Source: Pseudothermotoga sp.
GTDB lineage: Bacteria; Thermotogota; Thermotogae; Thermotogales; DSM-5069
Assembly (NCBI GenBank): GCA_041640575.1
Contig: JBEPZZ010000007.1
Span: forward strand, 1-59,598
Reading direction: 5' to 3'
Length of the DNA stretch: 59,598 bases
Part shown: positions 1 to 8,927 of the stretch, piece after piece
Position numbering within the stretch: position 1 is the stretch's first letter
Layout of the letters: each line of letters starts with the position of its first letter
The notes under the pieces: generated by a model
What the model was told of the DNA's origin: nothing
The model's input: the letters and a program-made list of their open reading frames with translations, nothing else
The model's database searches: none
Program-made: the position numbers and the translations under genes

Positions 1-828
1 CATGACAGGCGGCATGAAAATTCCACCTGTGGATGCGACAGCTTCAACCGCACCAGCAAATTCTGGTTTGTATCCAAGCTTTTTCATCATCGGTATTGTA
101 AAAGAACCCGTTGTAAAAACATTACTTGCTGCAACGCCACTTATCATTCCAAAAAAGCCGCTCCCTAAGACAGCTACCTTTGCAGGACCTCCTGCACTCT
201 TACCTACCACTTTACTTGCGACTCTGGTTAGATAGTCACCTATTTTGGTTATTTCAAGTATGGCCCCAAGGATCACAAACAATGCTACGACAGTTGCGGA
301 AATACCAGTGATACTTCCATAGATACCAGAATCTGTAATCAGATAGTGCATCTCTATTGTCCTTGAGAATTTCAGTGGGCGGTTATAAAAGATTCCAGGT
401 AGATATGGTGCTAAGTACACATAGCCTATCAAGATGGAAACAAGCACAGTCATTGCGGGCGCAACAGCACGCCTTATTGCTTCCAGCAAGAGTAGTATAT
501 TAAGCGCGCCTAAAATGATTTGAGTAGTTGTCAAAGGCTCAACAAACTCGAATCTCATGTTAAGAGCATTGTTGTTGATTATTAAATACAATGGCGGAAA
601 GACGGCAAGAATAGCTAGTAGAGCGTCAACTATTGTAAATCTGTCTTTTGGGGATTTTTTGGTTGCGGGATACAGCAAAAATGCCATTGGTAGCAAGAGA
701 ATAATATGTAGACCGCGCTGCAATCTCGGCTGAAGAATACCAGTAGCAGCAGTATAAAGATGAAATACGGGGGCGGCGAGAAGCCACCCTCCGACAACGA
801 ATCGCTGCCATCCTTTGAGGACTCTCAT
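1..828 (-). CDS. TRAP transporter 4TM/12TM fused permease (TAXI-associated), 3' end truncated by the window edge
   Basis: Absent from the ORF track because it runs off the window. Read manually from ATG 828 (GAGGA upstream): MRVLKGWQRFVVGGWLLAAPVFHLYTAATGILQPRLQRGLH...EAVASTGGIFMPPVM. Shares motifs with the 22993 permease (STGGQLMPPIM). Confidence 0.9.
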   Translation of the reverse strand, partial: MRVLKGWQRFVVGGWLLAAPVFHLYTAATGILQPRLQRGLHIILLLPMAFLLYPATKKSPKDRFTIVDALLAILAVFPPLYLIINNNALNMRFEFVEPLTTTQIILGALNILLLLEAIRRAVAPAMTVLVSILIGYVYLAPYLPGIFYNRPLKFSRTIEMHYLITDSGIYGSITGISATVVALFVILGAILEITKIGDYLTRVASKVVGKSAGGPAKVAVLGSGFFGMISGVAASNVFTTGSFTIPMMKKLGYKPEFAGAVEAVASTGGIFMPPVM

Positions 829-859
829 TCAATCATCCTCTCTGCTAGACGGTCGAAAC

Positions 860-1858
860 TCATTTCGTGTATCCTGCTTCTCTGTAATATCTTTCGGCAC
901 CAGGATGCAAAGGTACCGCGACATTTTTCCAACCAGTTTCCGGCTTGAAAGTTTTGTTTGCTGCATGAGCTTGATACAGTTCTTGAAGGTTTTCGCACAG
1001 AATTTTGGTGATCGTGTAAACCACTATTTCTGGTACGTTCGCGTTGACAAGCAGTTCCCCTGCTGTTGCAACTGCTGGAACATCTACATCCAGGTCAGCA
1101 TACGTACCTTTCGGGATCACACATAGTCCAGTAGCTCGTTCCACTGTTCCCAAAGTTCTATGCATTTCATCAATGCATTCTGCAGATACGGCTAAAAGTG
1201 TTGATTTTCTTGAAAGAAACATTTCTGTAACAGCGGCAGCAGGTAAAGAGAGATGTGTTACTACAAAATCAACATGACGGTCTTTGTAAAGACTGATCAT
1301 ATCGGCGTAAACTGCATGGAAATATTCGCCTCCAGCTTTCTTGATGTCGTCAAGTTTTACACCATAGAATCCAAGAATTCTTTCGACAATCGGAAGGTCA
1401 GAGGTACCACGCATCGGTACAGCTATCCTTATTTTCTTTCCGGCTTTAATCATGTTTGCGAGTTCTTGAACCGATGTTATACCTGTTTCTTTTGCAGCAA
1501 CAAAGTGAATGTGGTAGAATCCAAAGAATCCGCCTATGGATCTCACATTTGGGTTGGTTTTCTCATATAGTGGTGGTGTTCCTTCCAAAGCCATTCTGTC
1601 AACGAAAGTTATACCCCAGCCAAGGTCTGCTTCGCCCGAAGAAACAAGTACGGGGTTCACTACTCCACCTCCAGGTACGACTTTAATTGTGATCCTGGGT
1701 TCTTTTGAGTTGATAAGGCTAGCAACTGCTCCTGCTTGAGCGTACCAACCACCACCTACACCACCGGCTGTCCAAGTCAAAGTGACAGGTTTCAATTCCT
1801 GAGCAAAAACCAAGGAAATCAGCAGAATAGTACAAATTGCTGTGAATTTTCTCATCAT
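860..1858 (-). CDS. TAXI-family TRAP solute-binding protein
   Basis: Signal peptide, AGGVGGGWY N-terminal motif and C-terminal PLHPGAERYY motif typical of TAXI receptors; directly upstream of the fused permease. Confidence 0.92.
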   Translation of the reverse strand: MMRKFTAICTILLISLVFAQELKPVTLTWTAGGVGGGWYAQAGAVASLINSKEPRITIKVVPGGGVVNPVLVSSGEADLGWGITFVDRMALEGTPPLYEKTNPNVRSIGGFFGFYHIHFVAAKETGITSVQELANMIKAGKKIRIAVPMRGTSDLPIVERILGFYGVKLDDIKKAGGEYFHAVYADMISLYKDRHVDFVVTHLSLPAAAVTEMFLSRKSTLLAVSAECIDEMHRTLGTVERATGLCVIPKGTYADLDVDVPAVATAGELLVNANVPEIVVYTITKILCENLQELYQAHAANKTFKPETGWKNVAVPLHPGAERYYREAGYTK

Positions 1859-3078
1859 CCCACCTCCTCGCGATATTTATTTTGTATAGTATGTTCTTTC
1901 GATCCGACATTACTTTGAAACCTTGATGGACTGTATTGAGATATGTCAAATTCCAAGGCTTTACCGCAAACAAGTTCTGAAATAAGTTTTCCCGTAATAG
2001 GTGCCAGGGCAATTCCGTCTCCTTCATGTCCTGTTGCTACGAACAAGCCTGGATTTCTCGGGTCCTCACCTATAATGTACTTTTTGTCTGCACAGGAGGG
2101 TCTCAGGCCAGCAAAAGATCTTATGACCCTTATACGCTCAAAAACCTTTGGAAAGAAATGGTATGCCCTTGCAGCCAAGGCTTTAAATGCTTCGTAAGTT
2201 GTGCGCCTATCGAACCCTACGTATTCACGTGTGCTACCAATAAAACAATTTCCGTCTCTTGTCATGGAAAATGCAAATCCAAGGCCCAGCCTTCGAGATG
2301 TTTCATCTCTGTGAAATTCAATGAGATGTTTTGAAATTATGTAATCAGCATCCCACAAATTTGTGTCGCCGAAAGGTTTCAATGGTTCTGTAACAAGAAT
2401 CTGTCCTCTCTTGGGCTCAATTGGTAAATCTAGTTCGACGAACTTAGTCAGAAACGGAGTCCACACACCCGCCGCGATAACCACGCAACTAGCGAAAAAT
2501 TCTTCGTTCCCCATTGTTGAAACCTTCCAGCCAAAAGTCTTTTTGTCCAAGCTAGTTACTTGAGCCTTTCTTTTCAGAATGACTCCTTGTTTTATGCATG
2601 CTTTAGCAAGAGCATACATGGTTTTCAAGGGATTGACTTGAGAGTCTTCAGCACAGTATGTAGCCGCAAAAACACTATCGGTGAGGAAAGGTTGTTTCTT
2701 TTTTATGTGTTTCTTGTCGAGAAAATGTATTTTGAGACCGGTTTGAGCTTGTTTGCTGACAAAATCTTCGATAACTGGTAATTGTTCTTGTCGATCAAGT
2801 ACTATCATTCCACCGCGTGTTTCGAGCTCTATGGCGTCAGGTAGTTCTCTACTTAATGAACGGTAAAGTTCGAGACTTCTTATTGCCAGTTGAACTGGAA
2901 GTCCTGGAGCCTTCGATTGAAGTAAGATCATGTGATCACAAGCTCCAGACGTACCAGACCCTATATCCTCTTTTTCAAGAATTAAGATCCTTTTCCCCGC
3001 TTTGCTTAGATAATAAGCGCAAGATAATCCAATGATACCAGCACCTACAACAATAACATCAAAACCGCTTTTTTGCAT
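1855..3078 (-). CDS. FAD-dependent oxidoreductase, glycine/D-amino acid oxidase (DAO/SoxB-like) family
   Basis: VIVVGAGIIG dinucleotide-binding motif, RGQ, AGLRP, ATGHEGDGIALAP. ATG 3078 has AGGTGA upstream; the track start at 3111 is a TTG. Confidence 0.9.
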   Translation of the reverse strand: MQKSGFDVIVVGAGIIGLSCAYYLSKAGKRILILEKEDIGSGTSGACDHMILLQSKAPGLPVQLAIRSLELYRSLSRELPDAIELETRGGMIVLDRQEQLPVIEDFVSKQAQTGLKIHFLDKKHIKKKQPFLTDSVFAATYCAEDSQVNPLKTMYALAKACIKQGVILKRKAQVTSLDKKTFGWKVSTMGNEEFFASCVVIAAGVWTPFLTKFVELDLPIEPKRGQILVTEPLKPFGDTNLWDADYIISKHLIEFHRDETSRRLGLGFAFSMTRDGNCFIGSTREYVGFDRRTTYEAFKALAARAYHFFPKVFERIRVIRSFAGLRPSCADKKYIIGEDPRNPGLFVATGHEGDGIALAPITGKLISELVCGKALEFDISQYSPSRFQSNVGSKEHTIQNKYREEVG

Positions 3079-3104
3079 AATTTCACCTACAGTTTCGAGA
3101 CTTT

Positions 3105-3944
3105 CTACCAATTCCAGCTATCCGGTAAAATATATCCTTCAGCAACGATTCTCGCGTCTCCTTCTAAAGAGATATGGATTATCTTTTGATTTTCCATCTT
3201 GAAGTCAACTTTCAGTACACCACCAAGAACTTTTACAATGACGGGTGGTTTTACTCTTCCCAATAGTGCGGAGATGATTGAGCAAGTCACTGATCCAGTT
3301 CCGCAAGCATAGGTTTCATCTTCAACTCCTCTTTCGTAAGTTCGAACACCGATAGTATGCTCATCGTATATTTGCGCAAAATTGACATTCGTACCATTTG
3401 GAAATATTCTAGTGCAATATCTGACTTTTTGTCCCAGTTCAGTAATGCTTTTGCTACTCATTGAGAAAACATTGTCCACATGAAAAACAGTGTGGGGAAC
3501 GCCAATGATAGCAAAATGGTATTCTTCAAGTTCGTCGGAAAATTTGTAGTTTTGATTCAGTTGTATCTTCGAAAGCTCAACGTCCGGGAATTTCACCCGG
3601 ACGTTTTCGCCCACAATTTCGGCTCTGTAAAGTCCCGATTTAGTTTCGAAAACCATGTTTTCCCTTGCGACACCATTTATATAAGCAAATTTTGCTATGC
3701 ACCTTGCCCCGTTACCACACATTTCGGCTTCTGTACCGTCACTGTTAAAATATCTCATCGAAAAGTCAGCTTTATTAGAGTTTTCCAAAATGAGTACCCC
3801 ATCTGCTCCTAGGGAAAATCTTCGATCACATACCTTTTTTGTAAAGGTTGATAGATCGAGTTTGTCGAGCATACCATCGCGGTTGTCAAAGACTATAAAA
3901 TCGTTTCCGGCTCCGTTCATTTTTTTGAAAGCTAACCTCTGCAT
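3105..3944 (-). CDS. dapF: Diaminopimelate epimerase / PLP-independent amino acid epimerase
   Basis: KMNGAGNDF, EAEMCGNGARC, GTNVNF, RTYERGVEDETYACGTG; both catalytic Cys present. Confidence 0.88.
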   Translation of the reverse strand: MQRLAFKKMNGAGNDFIVFDNRDGMLDKLDLSTFTKKVCDRRFSLGADGVLILENSNKADFSMRYFNSDGTEAEMCGNGARCIAKFAYINGVARENMVFETKSGLYRAEIVGENVRVKFPDVELSKIQLNQNYKFSDELEEYHFAIIGVPHTVFHVDNVFSMSSKSITELGQKVRYCTRIFPNGTNVNFAQIYDEHTIGVRTYERGVEDETYACGTGSVTCSIISALLGRVKPPVIVKVLGGVLKVDFKMENQKIIHISLEGDARIVAEGYILPDSWNW

Positions 3945-3986
3945 AAAGCACCCCGCGCATCCTATTTGGAAGCACAAATATTAGTG

Positions 3987-5441
3987 TTAAATCAATTCGC
4001 TGTATTTAGCAACAATTTCGATTAACCTTACCAAGCCTCTAACTGCAAGCCTCGCGGCATCCTCGATTATGTCCCCGTTTTCATCAGTTGTACCAAGCCC
4101 AAGTGAAATGAAGATATTTGCATCATACGCTATGGTCTGGATTATTCCCATAGCATCTGTGCCACTTTGAAGTATGTTGGTACCTGCATACATGTCTTCT
4201 ATAGTGAATATTGGGAATGGTATTCCTTTTTCCCAGCAGTCATCGTAGTTAACTTCAACAGCAGCAGAGTTATAACTCTTCGAAATCTTGAAAATCGGTC
4301 TTAGTTTTCCATCAAGCTTATCAAATTCCTCGACAGTTATTTCGTACAGTCTATCCACGGAGGCTTTGAGTTTTTCTCCTTTTTCCCTTAGAATTCTCAA
4401 CGCTGCCACTGCACCAGCTAGAGCTTCTTTTCCCGGGTCGAATGTCACATAAGCTGCCTTTCCATAGGATGACCAAGTACCGTATCTGTCACCATGTGTG
4501 CCCATTGCTCTTCTCAAAGAAACCATGACATCTTCCTTACCAATTATCAATCAACAGGTAGGTGCACCCGCAGCTTTATCCATACTATAAGTCATAACCC
4601 ATGCACCAGTTTTTCTTGGGTCTGTTCCTATGAATGGCACTCCCCATGCGTTGTCAACTATATATGGAACATTGTACAAGCAAGCAAGTTCTCCAATTTT
4701 CTTCTGAAGTAATGGTGTACCATCATTGTCTTTATCGCCGTATCCATAACCAGCAGTATCGTAACCCAGTGTTGTGAAGCCTGCCAATGTATCAATGTAT
4801 CTCTCGGCTGTTTCCTTAATCTTTTCGGCTGTTGCAAGTGCATTTACACCACTCAAAAGTACCGCAGGATGATACTTGATACCGTGAGCTACGTAACGTG
4901 CACCAACCATAGGAACAATGATTGTGTCAACATTTTCAAGCCTTTTGCCATAAAATCCAAGTTCTCCTGCCGTGCATCCTCTGTCAGCCAGTATGTCTTT
5001 ATAATACGGTGGAATTGGTCTACCATAACCTCCATGGTGATGAATATGCCTTTCGTAAGGTATTACGTAACGACTTCTGTATTTTTCTCCTCTTCCCGTA
5101 AGTGGTGGCGCAACAAGTACGTCAAAACTCAACCAAAGAGCGGCTTCGCATGTACTTACAAGCAGAGCGTCATATTCATCGCCATAGTAATCTTTAACTA
5201 TATCCCTGATTTCATCTGCAAAGACCTTGTTCGGTATAACCTCTCTCGCTACGGCACTTATAGCTTCGTCAACTTCTTTGGTTATTAACCCATGGCAACC
5301 TGAAATAGCCCCGGTTAAGCCAAATTTCCCGCGCCATTCGTGTGGTATCCCGATTTCGTCGGCTGCTTTTTTTGCTTCTTCCATTATCTTTGGCATGGAT
5401 AATTTCAGTTTCTTGTAAAGGTGATATCTGTATTTACTCAT
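3987..5441 (-). pseudogene. Fold-type I PLP-dependent enzyme (SelA/DgaE-like, about 484 aa) interrupted by one in-frame TGA at 4551-4553
   Basis: ORFs 4551..5441 and 3987..4550 abut in the same frame: ...SMDKAAGAPTC*LIIGKE. PLP motifs VPYIVDNA and SxDK resemble SelA-family SGDKLLGGPQAGIIVGK. Confidence 0.75.
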
Positions 5442-5452
5442 CTTTCTTCACC

Positions 5453-5887
5453 TCACTCTTTTAAGAAAATTATTAACTGCTCGAGATTGATACCCATTTC
5501 TTCACCGCTGATCCTCTTATCAGACTTGATAACTATGTTTTCATGATTTGGCATGTGAGTTTCATCGAATCCGGCTACCGTTCCAATAACCTGCCCATCC
5601 TGAAGCATTACCTTGTCACCGAAAACCAGCACACCAGGGATTAATATCTCAATGAAAGCCAAGTACGCCACTTTGTTGACTTCCTTTCCCGGAAATGCTT
5701 GTTCTTCGTCGGTAATTATCAGTTCGTGTATTTCGTATCTTCTCAAAGCTCTTGATTTTGGTGCAATCAATGAGAGTTTTCTGTTCTCAAGTTTATTTCT
5801 CAAAACAGCCACGATTCTTCCAACCACTGCAGTTTTCTTTGCGTATGGATCTTCCTTCATTAAACCGCTTGAGTATGGCTCAACCAT
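5453..5887 (-). CDS. Conserved hypothetical protein (DUF6917-like)
   Basis: [13 protein letters not shown] and [20 protein letters not shown] motifs; start overlaps the ridA stop. Confidence 0.65.
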   Translation of the reverse strand: MVEPYSSGLMKEDPYAKKTAVVGRIVAVLRNKLENRKLSLIAPKSRALRRYEIHELIITDEEQAFPGKEVNKVAYLAFIEILIPGVLVFGDKVMLQDGQVIGTVAGFDETHMPNHENIVIKSDKRISGEEMGINLEQLIIFLKE

Positions 5888-6269
5888 TTTTCTCACCTTT
5901 GAAAGCTATCACTTCGATCTCGACTTGGGCACCTCTTGGAAGTGCCGAAACACTAACGAATGATCTTGCAGGCTTATGATCACCGAAATAGCGAGCATAG
6001 ACTTCGTTAATTTGTGGAAAATCGTTTATGTTTGTAGCAAAAACAGTGGTTTTAACTACGTCTTTTAAGTCACACCCTGCCGCCATGAGGATAGCTTTTA
6101 AATTCTCAAAGATTCTTTCGGTTTGCTTTTTGATGTCTCCATTTACAATTTGACCCGTCGACGGATCAAGTGGTATTTGCCCAGAAACAAAAACAAATCC
6201 GTTAACCTCAATTGCCTGTGAATAAGGTCCTATTGCCTTTGGTGCTCCTTCGCTGCAAATCGTCCTCAT
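5880..6269 (-). CDS. ridA: RidA family enamine/imine deaminase
   Basis: [25 protein letters not shown] (catalytic Arg), [10 protein letters not shown]. Confidence 0.95.
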   Translation of the reverse strand: MRTICSEGAPKAIGPYSQAIEVNGFVFVSGQIPLDPSTGQIVNGDIKKQTERIFENLKAILMAAGCDLKDVVKTTVFATNINDFPQINEVYARYFGDHKPARSFVSVSALPRGAQVEIEVIAFKGEKNG

Positions 6270-6282
6270 TCAATCCCCTCCT

Positions 6283-6951
6283 TTACAGTGTTCTATTCTT
6301 TTTCGCTCTTGCCTCCCGCAGATATGCGTAGATTGTGAATTTTGAGTTTCCCATTTCCTTTGCCAAAGTATCTACCGCACCTTTAAGCAAAAAGAACCCC
6401 TTTTCGTCTAGTTTTTTTATCAGCTCGATTTTTTCCTCTTTTGTTGCAAATCTTAGAGGCTTCCCCGTGTTGTTTCTTACGTCATTAATAACTTCGAAGA
6501 GTAATTCATCGACCCTTTTAGCAAAGCTCTCATGTTCTGCTCCAGCTAGGTCTTCCAGGTTTTGAAATGTCAAGGCTTGGTCAACAATTTGCTTGCATAT
6601 AGACAGTTTGGTTGTGTCAAAGTTGATGCACAGAAAACCAATTATTTTGCCAGTCTCGTCTTTAATGAAAATTGATGTGGATCTGAGAATTCGTCCATCA
6701 GAAGTTGTCGTCATGTAGTTTGGTACGTAATCGACATCTTTGAATTTGGGTGATTTGAGAAGGTAGAGACCGAAATCAGTTAATGGTGAGCCAACTGTTC
6801 TCCCAGTTACGTGACCATTCTCTATTGCAACAACAGAATGCTCTGGATCTGAAACATCATGCAAGACAATCTCATAATCTGGTCCGAGTGTAGCTGCTAA
6901 ACCTTTAACAACAGGAATGAATGCTTTCAAGAATGGGTGAATTTTTTTCAT
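6283..6951 (-). CDS. YheO/DauR-family PAS_6 + HTH transcriptional regulator
   Basis: EIVLHD, IENGHVTGRTVGSP, LRSTSIFI, LCINFD and C-terminal GFFLLKGAV...SKFTIYAYL. Confidence 0.92.
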   Translation of the reverse strand: MKKIHPFLKAFIPVVKGLAATLGPDYEIVLHDVSDPEHSVVAIENGHVTGRTVGSPLTDFGLYLLKSPKFKDVDYVPNYMTTTSDGRILRSTSIFIKDETGKIIGFLCINFDTTKLSICKQIVDQALTFQNLEDLAGAEHESFAKRVDELLFEVINDVRNNTGKPLRFATKEEKIELIKKLDEKGFFLLKGAVDTLAKEMGNSKFTIYAYLREARAKKNRTL

Positions 6952-6967
6952 TTTTCGACCCCCAACT

Positions 6968-7021
6968 AGTATACAAAATTTTGTATTCATATGCAACACA
7001 TTTTTGTATAAGATACAAAAA
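6968..7021 (-). promoter_or_regulatory. sigma70 promoter TTGCAT-17-TATACT with overlapping palindromic operators
   Basis: Minus strand -35 at 6991-6996 and -10 at 6968-6973. Perfect palindrome ATACAAAATTTTGTAT (6971-6986) and inverted repeat TTTTTGTAT-AAG-ATACAAAAA (7001-7021). Confidence 0.7.
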
Positions 7022-7170
7022 GCTTTACGAAGAGCGCGAAAGTTCTGTTGTGGTTAAATACCTATTTTCTCAGAATAATCTTATTTTGTGTAGGAAAATC
7101 AAGGAATTTGACTGAAACACATTCTGACAGATACATAATTAATGTAATAATAATGGTAGAGGTGATAATT

Positions 7171-7803
7171 GTGCATGAACAACTATATCAGTTCAAGTAT
7201 TCAAAACTGTGTGAAAGGGTCAAGCATGTACTTGAAAGAAAGAAGTTCGAGGTCTACATTGCAGGGGACAAGACAGAGGCAAGACAGATTGTGGAAAATT
7301 TGATAGCCGACGGAAGTGTTGTCAGCACCGGTGGATCTGTTACACTCGTTGAAACAGGGATAATGGATTTACTTAGAAGTGGTAAATACAAATTCTTGGA
7401 TCGTTACAACGCTCCAGACAGAAGAAAAGTTGAAATTGAGGCTATGAGCAGTGATTACTATCTTTGTAGTGCAAACGCCATTACGATGAATGGCGAATTA
7501 GTCTTTATGGATGGGTTTGGAAATAGAGTCGCTGCCGTAACCTTTGGACCGAAGAACGTGATTTTAGTTGTTGGTGCGAATAAGATCGTGAAGAATGTGG
7601 AAGAAGCAAGAGAAAGGATAAGGTATATAGCACCGATGAATGCAAAAAGGCTCTCATTATCAACGCCTTGTGCAATAAGCGGTGTTTGCGAAGATTGCGC
7701 TTCTCCACAAAGAATATGCAGACACTTCCATGTTATAAACGATTGTTATAACTCACCCGGTAGAATTAAGATAATTTTCGTGTTACAGGAGCTTGGGTTG
7801 TAA
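7171..7803 (+). CDS. LUD-domain (lactate utilization protein C-like) protein
   Basis: GGSVTL, SANAITMNGEL, DGFGNRVAA, GPKNVI.VVGANKIV; GTG start after GAGGTG. Confidence 0.85.
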   Translation: MHEQLYQFKYSKLCERVKHVLERKKFEVYIAGDKTEARQIVENLIADGSVVSTGGSVTLVETGIMDLLRSGKYKFLDRYNAPDRRKVEIEAMSSDYYLCSANAITMNGELVFMDGFGNRVAAVTFGPKNVILVVGANKIVKNVEEARERIRYIAPMNAKRLSLSTPCAISGVCEDCASPQRICRHFHVINDCYNSPGRIKIIFVLQELGL

Positions 7804-7849
7804 TTCAAAGACTGATGGAAAAAGTATAATCGACTTGAGGATGATGCAT

Positions 7850-8923
7850 ATGGAAAGTTATTTGCTTGAAATTTACGAAAGATTGGTAAATACCGACACT
7901 GGATATGATATTGATTATCGAACCAAGTTGGATAGAACACGTTTTTTAGCTGATAAACTGAGAAAACTCGGTTTTTCGGTGCAAGAAGAGCAGGCCGCTC
8001 ATGTAGCCTTTTTAGGTAAGCCACCTTATATTACTTTGATAGGTCATCTTGATACTGTTTTCAAAGAAGGTGAGTCGGCCAGAAGGCCTTTCACAATAAA
8101 AGATAACTTAGCTTACGGGCCAGGAGTTGCCGACATGAAAGGTGGCATTGTGACGCTACTGAAAGTGGTTGAGAAGGCTTTGGATTATGGAATGAACAAC
8201 CTTTGTGTCATTTTAAATGTGGATGAAGAACTTGGTTCCAAGGATAGCAGAAAGACCTTTTACAAGTATGCGAAAGAGAGTAAATGCTGCCTTTCATTTG
8301 AACCTGGTGGAGAAAACCAGGAGCTGATTCTGACAAGAAAGGGTATTATCTCGACGAGTCTTTTTGTCAAGGGCGTTAAGGGTCATGCTTCAGAACTTGA
8401 GGAAGGTGCCAACGCAATTGTTGAAGCATCGAGGAAAATCAATGAGATTTACTCTCTGAATGGTAAGTTCGGAACTGTGACTCTAAATCCTACGATAATA
8501 AATGGAGGAGAAAAATCCAACATAACACCTGATTTTTGTAAAGTTTATTTTGATGTGAGATACTTGGAAAAACATGAATACGAGAACTGCAGAAAAACGC
8601 TTGAGAAAATATGTTCTTCTACAACAATTCCGGGTACAACTTGCCAGCTTGAACTCGACGAACGCCGACCCTCAATGACCCTACATCCGAAAATGAAGGA
8701 AGCTGTCGACAGAGTTCTACTTGATCTTGGACTCCAACTTGGTTTTGAACATTCTAATGGTGGTGCCGACAGTGCGTTCTTCTCCGAGCTTGGAGTTCCT
8801 ACTTTGGACGGACTTGGAATTTGTGGTGGGAGAGTTCATTCAGAAGAAGAATTTGCGGTTTTAGATTCCTTCGAGCCCAGAGTCGAAGTAGCCTTTTCGC
8901 TTATGAAGTATTTTTGGAGGTGA
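7850..8923 (+). CDS. M20 family metallopeptidase (carboxypeptidase G2-like)
   Basis: GHLDTV, GPGVADMKGG, DEELGS, FEP, HSEEE metal ligands. Confidence 0.92.
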   Translation: MESYLLEIYERLVNTDTGYDIDYRTKLDRTRFLADKLRKLGFSVQEEQAAHVAFLGKPPYITLIGHLDTVFKEGESARRPFTIKDNLAYGPGVADMKGGIVTLLKVVEKALDYGMNNLCVILNVDEELGSKDSRKTFYKYAKESKCCLSFEPGGENQELILTRKGIISTSLFVKGVKGHASELEEGANAIVEASRKINEIYSLNGKFGTVTLNPTIINGGEKSNITPDFCKVYFDVRYLEKHEYENCRKTLEKICSSTTIPGTTCQLELDERRPSMTLHPKMKEAVDRVLLDLGLQLGFEHSNGGADSAFFSELGVPTLDGLGICGGRVHSEEEFAVLDSFEPRVEVAFSLMKYFWR

Positions 8924-8927
8924 TAAG

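Noticed and set aside
760..790. Suspected frameshift at the G5 run near the start of the first TRAP permease
   Set aside because: Recounting gives a continuous frame from ATG 828 (…WLLAAPVFHLYT…). The gene is missing from the track only because it lacks a stop inside the window.
4551..4553. Genome-wide TGA=Gly/Trp reassignment as the explanation of the in-frame TGA
   Set aside because: Many full-length genes here end normally at TGA (e.g. TAXI 860, ridA, lepA, nrdD).
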